In this document: piece after piece, positions 8,599 to 15,511 of the stretch | How positions within the stretch are numbered: the stretch's first letter is position 1 | Layout of the letters: each line of letters starts with the position of its first letter | DNA from: Candidatus Odinarchaeota archaeon | GTDB taxonomy: Archaea > Asgardarchaeota > Odinarchaeia > Odinarchaeales > Odinarchaeaceae | DNA: 16,967 bases | Direction of reading: 5' to 3' | Assembly: GCA_038826135.1 (NCBI GenBank) | Contig: JAWBON010000026.1 | Span: 1 to 16,967, forward strand | Program-made: the position numbers and the translations under genes | The notes under the pieces: generated by a model | Database searches by the model: none | Told to the model about the DNA's origin: nothing | What the model saw: the letters and a program-made list of their open reading frames with translations, nothing else

Positions 8599-9531
8599 TT
8601 GGCATATTACGATCTTTGTATAATAGGCGGCGGACCAGCGGGTATGACTGCGGCAATATACGCTGCCAGAAGCGGGCTTTCAACTATTTTAATAGAGGCG
8701 ATGGCTTTAGGAGGAGCTATGGCCACCGCCCCCGTAATAGAGAATTACCCTGGATGGGAGAGTATATCAGGTCTTGAACTAGCTCAGATCATGAGAAAAC
8801 AGGTTATTAAGGCTGGTGCTGAAATAAGAGAAATGGAGAAGGTTGTTAAAGTTAATCTTCAAGGTGATGTTAAAACCATTAGCACAGATATGGGTGAATA
8901 CACTTGTAGTAGCGTTATAATCGCCACAGGTGGGGAAAGGAAGCGTTTAGGCGCTAAAGGTGAAAATGAATTTTACGGTAAAGGAGTATCTTACTGCGCT
9001 GTTTGCGACGGCGCCTTATACAAGGATAGAAACGTTATTGTTGTAGGGGGCGGTAACTGCGCTGTTTCAGCTGCCTTATACTTAAAGAATATCGCTCGCA
9101 ATGTAACTCTTATACATAGAAGGGATGAGCTGAGATGTGAAAACATTCTTAGAAATAGGTTACTGGATTGTGGTGTTAAATTGATTTGGAACAGTGTTGT
9201 AAGAGAGGTTAAAGGTGATAAAACAGTTAAAACTATTGTAGTTGAAAACGTGAAAAATAGAAGCCTCTTTGAACTTCCGGTTGACGGTTTATTTATAGAA
9301 ATAGGGATAGTGCCTAACAGCTCATTATTCGCATATGCTGGTGTTAAGGTTGATGAAGCAGGATATATAATAGTTGACAAGGATATGAAAACCAATATTC
9401 CAGGTGTGTTCGCAGCCGGTGATGTGACAGGGGGGGTTGAGCAGATATCGGTGGCTGTCGGTAAAGGTTCAACAGCCTATAATTCCGCATACGAATATAT
9501 CCGAAACTTAACGGGTAAATGTGAAATCTAA
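8599..9531 (+). CDS. trxB: Thioredoxin-disulfide reductase (low-MW NADPH-type)
   Basis: FAD motif IIGGGPAGMTAAIYAAR, redox motif GVSYCAVCDG, VVGGGN, HRRDELR NADPH motif, TNIPGVFAAGD. TTG start with GGAGG SD at 8587-8591. Confidence 0.95.
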   Translation: MAYYDLCIIGGGPAGMTAAIYAARSGLSTILIEAMALGGAMATAPVIENYPGWESISGLELAQIMRKQVIKAGAEIREMEKVVKVNLQGDVKTISTDMGEYTCSSVIIATGGERKRLGAKGENEFYGKGVSYCAVCDGALYKDRNVIVVGGGNCAVSAALYLKNIARNVTLIHRRDELRCENILRNRLLDCGVKLIWNSVVREVKGDKTVKTIVVENVKNRSLFELPVDGLFIEIGIVPNSSLFAYAGVKVDEAGYIIVDKDMKTNIPGVFAAGDVTGGVEQISVAVGKGSTAYNSAYEYIRNLTGKCEI

Positions 9532-9558
9532 TCTCTTAATCTAAAAAACTTCTGTAGG

Positions 9559-10914
9559 TTGTTGAAATTGGAAGAGTGTAACTTGTATAAATCACTAGAT
9601 GCGTCAAAAACGGTTTCAAAAAAGATTTTAGAAAAAAAGTTAAGTGGAGACATAGCGCTGGTAACATATGATAAAAACATAGTCTATAAATCTGAGAATA
9701 TTCTCTTAACCTGCAGTCAAATACTAGCATATCTTGCAGAGGAGGAGGTGCTTAAAAATAATAGAATTCTACTATTGTTAAATTCTAGCGGTGATGATAA
9801 AACACTGTTTGAAATGTTAAACCAGCTTACACAACTATTCGAAAAAGAAGGGAAGAAATCATCAGTAATCGTTTTCGGGGAGCCGACGCAACCCCAGTAT
9901 ATTAACCAATCTTATAAACATATTAAAATAGACTTGGATTGGTTAGGGGTAAACCCCGGTTTTTTAACCGAGATAGTCCGCGAGACATCTATTAAAAAAA
10001 CAGATTTCGATTTAAAAAAATTATGCCATAATAAGACACTCGCATCCCTAGATGAGTTAAGCTCGATTCTAATAAAGAATTTAGGCCCCCCGTCTTTTAT
10101 TGAAGATCTCTCTTTAAAAGTAGAGAAAGGAAAGAGCGCTGTCAAAATGGATGAGGCGGGGGCGATAGCCGCCGGGGTTGGCAGCTTTATCATAGCCAGC
10201 AGCCCGACTCTGCTTCTTCTAAAAGGTATAAAGTACATCAGCGGCTTATATAATATATTCAAGCATAGGCATGATGAGAATAACAAGAAATTTTTGGAAA
10301 AATGGGCTCGCGAAGTCTCTGAAGGTTACTCTAAGGTTAAGCTCGCTAAATATTTTGAGGCAGATGCTTCTAAACCTATTATAAAAATGCTGGAAGCGAA
10401 TAATATCACGATTCTGGTTAATTTAACAGTTAACACAATATATGAATTATTTTATCCAATACTTCTTTATAATATTATGAACTTACTAGAGCTTAAAGAA
10501 TTAAAATTAGACTATTTGTTTTTCGACAACCTATCGTATTTCGCTAAAACTGAATTTTTCACTCGATTTTTCAACGAGAAACTCATTCATAAGGCTAAAA
10601 GATTTAATTTAATTGTAAGCTTGTCAACAAAGGATCAGGTTAACGCTAAGAACTTAGAGGATATAATAAAATATTTTTCCGCACGGTCTGTAATATACTT
10701 TGACATCTCCTCGGACTTTTTAAATATATTGATGGGTGATCATCCTTTAAGTGAGATGGCTCAAATCCTTCAAAGCTTCGCGGAGATGAAGAAACTAAAA
10801 GACGAGCAGATACTCACATTCGTCTATTTTAACAGTTCTCTAACCCCAAGCTGGCAGATTATTAAAATCCCGTTAAAGTTAACTCATAAATTCAAATTGC
10901 TAATGAGAAAATAA
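9559..10914 (+). CDS. Hypothetical protein; probable degenerate HerA/FtsK/VirB4/VirD4-superfamily P-loop ATPase
   Basis: 451-aa ORF with ILLLL-NSSGDDKT (Walker A-like), VIVFGEP, ITILVNL, YLFFDN (Walker B-like) and AKRFNLIVSLSTK, in the canonical order. The CDS is secure; the fold call is inference. Confidence 0.65.
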   Translation: MLKLEECNLYKSLDASKTVSKKILEKKLSGDIALVTYDKNIVYKSENILLTCSQILAYLAEEEVLKNNRILLLLNSSGDDKTLFEMLNQLTQLFEKEGKKSSVIVFGEPTQPQYINQSYKHIKIDLDWLGVNPGFLTEIVRETSIKKTDFDLKKLCHNKTLASLDELSSILIKNLGPPSFIEDLSLKVEKGKSAVKMDEAGAIAAGVGSFIIASSPTLLLLKGIKYISGLYNIFKHRHDENNKKFLEKWAREVSEGYSKVKLAKYFEADASKPIIKMLEANNITILVNLTVNTIYELFYPILLYNIMNLLELKELKLDYLFFDNLSYFAKTEFFTRFFNEKLIHKAKRFNLIVSLSTKDQVNAKNLEDIIKYFSARSVIYFDISSDFLNILMGDHPLSEMAQILQSFAEMKKLKDEQILTFVYFNSSLTPSWQIIKIPLKLTHKFKLLMRK

Positions 10915-10963
10915 TGTTAAGAGAACGTTTTCACCGTTTACTCCCTTTCCGCTTGCGCGTCTC

Positions 10964-11533
10964 CTATACTTCATCTAAATCACTGTATTTTCGCTCTAAC
11001 TCCTCCAGTTTATCTTCTAAAATAAGTTCCAGCATGTCATCTAGTAGGGTTAGCCCCTTCTTATCTGGCTGTATTAGCTTCTCGAAATCTTCACCTCTCT
11101 CATCAACGCTTTCAAGTACTTTTCTAAGGTTTTCATAAACGTTAAACAATGGAATTATTCTCTGCTGTAATATGTTGCTCTCCCTTTTAAACGAGTTTAG
11201 AAATCTCTCAACTTCGGGTATTATGAAAATTCTTATCCGTTCTTTTAATTCTTTCACGTTCTCAGAGTCGTTGATAGTGGTGTTAACATGCCAGAGCAGT
11301 GACCGCATCGCTGTTAAAACTAAAAGCTTCTCCGTAAATAATTTTTTAAACTGGATCATCAATTCATCAATTTTCTTCTGAGCGTTATCTATATCTTTAA
11401 TTTTATCTTTCAAATCATCTCCTGTAATAAGATCAGGGTATTTATCGAAAACAGTGCTCCGAATCTTAATTAAAAACTTATTAAATCTTCTAAGCGCCTC
11501 TTTATACGCGTTTACATCATCTTTACCAGACAT
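10964..11533 (-). CDS. Hypothetical all-alpha/coiled-coil protein (189 aa)
   Basis: Fills the gap between orf451 and mch, ATG start, helical K/E/L/I-rich composition with few Gly/Pro. No family motif recognised. Confidence 0.8.
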   Translation of the reverse strand: MSGKDDVNAYKEALRRFNKFLIKIRSTVFDKYPDLITGDDLKDKIKDIDNAQKKIDELMIQFKKLFTEKLLVLTAMRSLLWHVNTTINDSENVKELKERIRIFIIPEVERFLNSFKRESNILQQRIIPLFNVYENLRKVLESVDERGEDFEKLIQPDKKGLTLLDDMLELILEDKLEELERKYSDLDEV

Positions 11534-11689
11534 ATATCAGCATCCTATTAGTTATCGGATTCTTCATATTTAATTAGATTTTAATATTTCAAGCAAGTTA
11601 CTCTCAATACCGTGAACTGTTAATCTCTGAAAATATAATATAAGATGTGTAAATCGTTTTTGATAAATCTTCCTATGTTATTCAATAGT

Positions 11690-12646
11690 TTAAGGTACAT
11701 ATTTAGATATGGTTTTTTTATAGGCATCCCAGTTTAACCAGCCAGCTTGGAAGCTGTGGCCGGAATCCCTGTTAATAATAGTGATTTTAGCCGGTGAAAA
11801 AATAGACGGGCTGATCTTGTAGAAATCATATGCAGCTTCTTCTAGAATTTCGATAAAAGGCTTCCCGAATCCTGGGGAACTGGTGGAAACCATGCTTTCA
11901 ACTCTATTTTTTATAAACTCATCCTCTAATCCTTCTACTGTGAGAGTAACCTCCCCCATCATTATAATAGCGTCATTAGTAACTCCCATAGCATATTTAT
12001 CTGACGCGGCTACTGGTGGGACAGGGCACACCCCTCCACCGGCTACTATCCTATTTAAGGGGAAATCTGAATGCATTAACCTGTGAATGGCTGTTTCTAA
12101 AACCCTGGATGAGATTTGAATTGAGCCGACGAGGCTTCCGGTTCTAGCTACTATAATATATGTGTTTTCCGCTTCCACACGGCAGGCATCGCTTATATAT
12201 TTAACAACTTTAGGTGTAGGAATCATGCTTGTTTCAAGGAAAATAACTGTTTTAAAATAATCATCCTTATAGTTAATCTTATTATAAAGTTCTTTTTCAA
12301 CCCTGCTTATAGCTCTCGCAGGCCCGGATCCTAAAGCATAGAAATCGTTTAATTTTATTTTCCAACCCGCGTATTGGGAGCCTAAACAAGCTATAACAGG
12401 GTTTTCACTTTGAACCTTGATGAAAAGATTATTCTCGAATAAGGCGTTTTTGAAAATATTTATCTCAGCTAAACCACCCATGCATATTTCTCCCACCAGT
12501 AAACCAGCCTTTACAGAGCCTTTACTTTTAACCCCGCAGTCTATTACCGTGGAGCCGCCTACTTCATAAACATTCACCTCTAGATCTTGTTTACCAGTTA
12601 TTATTTTCTTAACGATTTTAACAGCCTTCTCATTAATACTTATCAA
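11690..12646 (-). CDS. mch: Methenyltetrahydromethanopterin cyclohydrolase
   Basis: VIDCGV...GEICMGGL, ACLGSQYAGW, ALGSGPARA, GSIQISSRVLETA, TNDAI, GFGKPF..I, FYKI...IFSPA. TTG start with GGTGA SD at 12655-12651. Confidence 0.95.
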   Translation of the reverse strand: MISINEKAVKIVKKIITGKQDLEVNVYEVGGSTVIDCGVKSKGSVKAGLLVGEICMGGLAEINIFKNALFENNLFIKVQSENPVIACLGSQYAGWKIKLNDFYALGSGPARAISRVEKELYNKINYKDDYFKTVIFLETSMIPTPKVVKYISDACRVEAENTYIIVARTGSLVGSIQISSRVLETAIHRLMHSDFPLNRIVAGGGVCPVPPVAASDKYAMGVTNDAIIMMGEVTLTVEGLEDEFIKNRVESMVSTSSPGFGKPFIEILEEAAYDFYKISPSIFSPAKITIINRDSGHSFQAGWLNWDAYKKTISKYVP

Positions 12647-12678
12647 CAGATCACCAGCCTGTTGTTAAAATACAAAAG

Positions 12679-12690
12679 TTTTTATAAAAA
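12679..12690. promoter_or_regulatory. Palindromic TTTTTATAAAAA, candidate bidirectional TATA box between mch and fae-hps
   Basis: Perfect 12-bp palindrome in a 114-bp divergent intergenic region; its spacing fits a mch transcription start just upstream of the SD. Confidence 0.45.
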
Positions 12691-12760
12691 GTATTTAGTT
12701 TATTATTCTTATATCATATTATTATAAGTTAGTAATATATCTTCCAATGGAGAGTTTTAT

Positions 12761-13972
12761 ATGGATTACTTGGTTGGTGAAGCTCTACTCGGAACAGACG
12801 CCGAGGTCGCTCATATAGATCTTCTTGTAGGGGATAAAAACGGGCCTGTGGGGGCAGCCTTCGCAAATGGTTTAACCCAACTATCACAGGGTCACACACC
12901 CTTACTGGCTGTTATACGGCCTAATCTACCCCCGAAACCTATGACTTTGATTGTGCCGAAGGTTACGGTGCAAAACTTAGAGCAGGCTAACAAGATATTC
13001 GGTCCAGCTCAAGCAGCTGTGGCTAAAGCGATAGCTGACGCTGTCGAGGAGGGTCTTATACCGCAGGATAAACTGGAAGACTGGGTTATAATAGTATCTG
13101 TCTTCATACATCCTGCAGCTCAAGATGATCGTAAAATATATCATTTCAATTACAGCGCTACTAAACTAGCGTTGAAGAGGGCTTTAACCAAGTATCCGCC
13201 TCTTGAAAAAATATTATATGATAAAGATAGGGCGAGGCATCCGATAATGGGATTTAAAGTTCCTAGATTATGGCGACCCCCATACCTTCAAATAGCTTTA
13301 GACGTTCCTTCTATAGAGGCGTGTAAATCACTTATTACAACTATGCCTCAAAGCGACCGTATAATTTTGGAGGCTGGAACACCGTTAATTAAACGCTATG
13401 GTGTAAACGTGATACGTGAACTGAGGGAAATCGCTAAAGACATGTTTATAATAGCTGACTTAAAGACTTTGGATGTAGGTAACGTTGAAGTTGACATGGC
13501 GTTTGAAGCTACAGCGGACGCTGTTGTAGCCTCAGGTCTAGCCACCAATGAGACACTGGATAAATTCATCTACGAGGCTCAGAGAATGGGCATCTACGCT
13601 TTTATAGATATGATGAATGTCACAGACCCTCTTGAAAGAGTTAAACAATTAAAAGAGAAACCTGATGTGATAATACTGCATAGAAGTGTGGACGCAGAGC
13701 AGTACGGTAAAGCCGCTCCTAAATGGGAGGCTTTAAAGCCGATAAGAGACTACTTCCAGTCGAAAAAACAGAAGATACTTCTCGCAGTAGCTGGTGGAAT
13801 ACAGCCTTCAACAGCCCTAGACGCTTTAAAGACAGACGCGGATATTCTCATAGTAGGACGCTATATAACACAGGCCAGGGATCCTGAAAGAGCTGTCAGA
13901 GAATTCATACATATCTTCGAACAGAAAGAGTTATGGTCTGATGTTGACTTATTCAGATCTCACGTGGAATAG
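12761..13972 (+). CDS. fae-hps: Bifunctional formaldehyde-activating enzyme / 3-hexulose-6-phosphate synthase
   Basis: N-terminal Fae: VGEALLG...AHIDLLVG, HTPLLAVIRPNL, FGPAQAAVAKA, VSVFIHP. C-terminal HPS barrel: LQIALD, LEAGTPLIKRYG, ADLKTLDVG, LHRSVD, AVAGGI, IVGRYIT. Confidence 0.97.
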   Translation: MDYLVGEALLGTDAEVAHIDLLVGDKNGPVGAAFANGLTQLSQGHTPLLAVIRPNLPPKPMTLIVPKVTVQNLEQANKIFGPAQAAVAKAIADAVEEGLIPQDKLEDWVIIVSVFIHPAAQDDRKIYHFNYSATKLALKRALTKYPPLEKILYDKDRARHPIMGFKVPRLWRPPYLQIALDVPSIEACKSLITTMPQSDRIILEAGTPLIKRYGVNVIRELREIAKDMFIIADLKTLDVGNVEVDMAFEATADAVVASGLATNETLDKFIYEAQRMGIYAFIDMMNVTDPLERVKQLKEKPDVIILHRSVDAEQYGKAAPKWEALKPIRDYFQSKKQKILLAVAGGIQPSTALDALKTDADILIVGRYITQARDPERAVREFIHIFEQKELWSDVDLFRSHVE

Positions 13973-14147
13973 TCTTGTCGCAGCATCTCTTAAATTCCGG
14001 CAGTTATTCACTCCACTTAATATTATACTAACAAATTGTTGCTGTTCAGTGACGGAAACCCATGATTCACTATAAATCTAGTATGAGCGCTATAATCGGA
14101 TTAATAAATATCAAAATACTACATATAAGTATTGAAATAATAATAGG

Positions 14148-15440
14148 ATGGCATGTTTAATGAAAACCGTTATACTCGCAGCTGGGAAAGGTGAGCGCCT
14201 TCAACCTTTAACTTCAACAAGACCTAAACCCATGCTTTATGTAGGTAACAAACCTATACTGCAAGTAGTCATAGAGAATCTGAGAGAGTGCGGTTTAAAA
14301 GATATAGTGATCGTAGTATCATATAAGAACGAGTATATCATGAATTATTTCGAGAACGGGTATGATTTCGGTGTCAACATAAAATATGTTTTTCAAAAAG
14401 ACGATACGAACAGATCCGAGGATGCTATATTAGCCGCTGAGCCTGTGCTGAAAGATGAAAAAGAATTTTTAATCTCCCACGCAGATTTCTTAGTTGACAA
14501 GGAGATGATTCAGAGAACTATTAAAAACTATAAGCTGCTTAAACCGGAAGGAGTTATATCCGTAACTCTGGTTAAAGAACCTCATCTTTACGGTATTGTT
14601 TCTTTAGACGAGGAGGCTCGTATCAAGAGAATAATTGAAAAACCAGAGCGAGGTAAAGAGCCAAGCCGGTATGCGGTTTCAGGAATATACGTTTTCAAGA
14701 ACACTATTCTCGAAGCCTTGGAGAGAAACCACTCCCTAGACATGACAATCCAGGAACTCATAAATAATAAGAAGAATGTTTACGCATCCGTATGGGAGAG
14801 AGAATGGGTTAAAGTCAGGTATCCGTGGGATCTGCTTAAAGCAAACGAACTGTATTTAAAACAGTTGCTTTCAGGGAAAGGCTCCCATATATCTGAAAAA
14901 GCTGACATATCGGATAGGTCTACAATAGTCCACCCTGTCTGGATAGAGGAAGGGGTGACCGTTAAACCTGGTGCTGTTATCACCGGGCCTGTTCTAATAG
15001 ATAAAAACAGTTTCATAGGCACAAATTCACTTATCAGACCATACTCAACCATAGGAAAAGAAGTCACCGTAGGATTCGGTGTTGAAATAAAGAATAGTAT
15101 AATATATAATAAAACCCAAATAGGGCGCTTATCTTTCATCGGTGACAGTATAGTTGGGGAAAAAGTTGAGATAGGAGCTGGAACTCAAACCGTAAACATA
15201 CCGTTCGAAGAAACCACTATAAAATACAGCGCCCAGAGTGAAAAAGTGGATGTTCCACTTAAAAAATTCGGTGCTGTTATAGGTGACCAAGCAATCCTTG
15301 GAACAAACGTCTCCATACTTCCTGGAAGACGAATAGGCTGTTCTTCAATAATCCACCCGGGCGTTATACTCTACCAAGATATCCCCAACAACTCTATAGT
15401 GAAAGTTAACCAGAACCTTCACTTAACAAGCAGCTGTTAA
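14148..15440 (+). CDS. Archaeal GlmU-like protein (sugar-1-phosphate nucleotidyltransferase plus left-handed beta-helix domain) with atypical active-site residues
   Basis: VILAAGKGERLQPLTSTRPKPML, IIEKP, YPWDLLKAN, hexapeptide repeats, GAGTQTVN, KFGAVIGD. The start may be ATG 14160. The glmU symbol is withheld because conserved catalytic residues are substituted. Confidence 0.9.
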   Translation: MACLMKTVILAAGKGERLQPLTSTRPKPMLYVGNKPILQVVIENLRECGLKDIVIVVSYKNEYIMNYFENGYDFGVNIKYVFQKDDTNRSEDAILAAEPVLKDEKEFLISHADFLVDKEMIQRTIKNYKLLKPEGVISVTLVKEPHLYGIVSLDEEARIKRIIEKPERGKEPSRYAVSGIYVFKNTILEALERNHSLDMTIQELINNKKNVYASVWEREWVKVRYPWDLLKANELYLKQLLSGKGSHISEKADISDRSTIVHPVWIEEGVTVKPGAVITGPVLIDKNSFIGTNSLIRPYSTIGKEVTVGFGVEIKNSIIYNKTQIGRLSFIGDSIVGEKVEIGAGTQTVNIPFEETTIKYSAQSEKVDVPLKKFGAVIGDQAILGTNVSILPGRRIGCSSIIHPGVILYQDIPNNSIVKVNQNLHLTSSC

Positions 15441-15511
15441 TAACCATCTGTTTCACACTATCACGGCAATTTAAGATTAAAATATTTACTGTTAAAAAAC
15501 GGTAGACCGAT

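Noticed and set aside
8991-9395. 134-aa minus-strand ORF
   Set aside because: Antisense shadow inside trxB.
9510-9531. C-terminal Cys of TrxB (GKCEI) as a eukaryote-like second redox centre
   Set aside because: Single Cys, TAA stop, and low-MW TrxB architecture; no Cys-Cys or Cys-Sec pair.
9536-10286. Minus-strand ORFs 9536-9730 and 9912-10286
   Set aside because: Antisense to orf451, with no motifs.
10914-11381. Plus-strand ORFs 10914-11138 and 11172-11381
   Set aside because: Ser/Phe-rich shadows of the 189-aa minus-strand gene.
7521-11546. Identical 10-mer ATCAGCATCC in two intergenic regions (7521 and 11537)
   Set aside because: Many 10-mer duplicates are expected by chance in 17 kb, and the match does not extend.
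11883-12086. 67-aa plus-strand ORF
   Set aside because: Antisense inside mch.
13973-14147. Spacer after fae-hps with inverted repeat AACAA-A-TTGTT and a CTGA on the minus strand
   Set aside because: A 5-bp arm is expected by chance in AT-rich DNA, and there is no matching C box.
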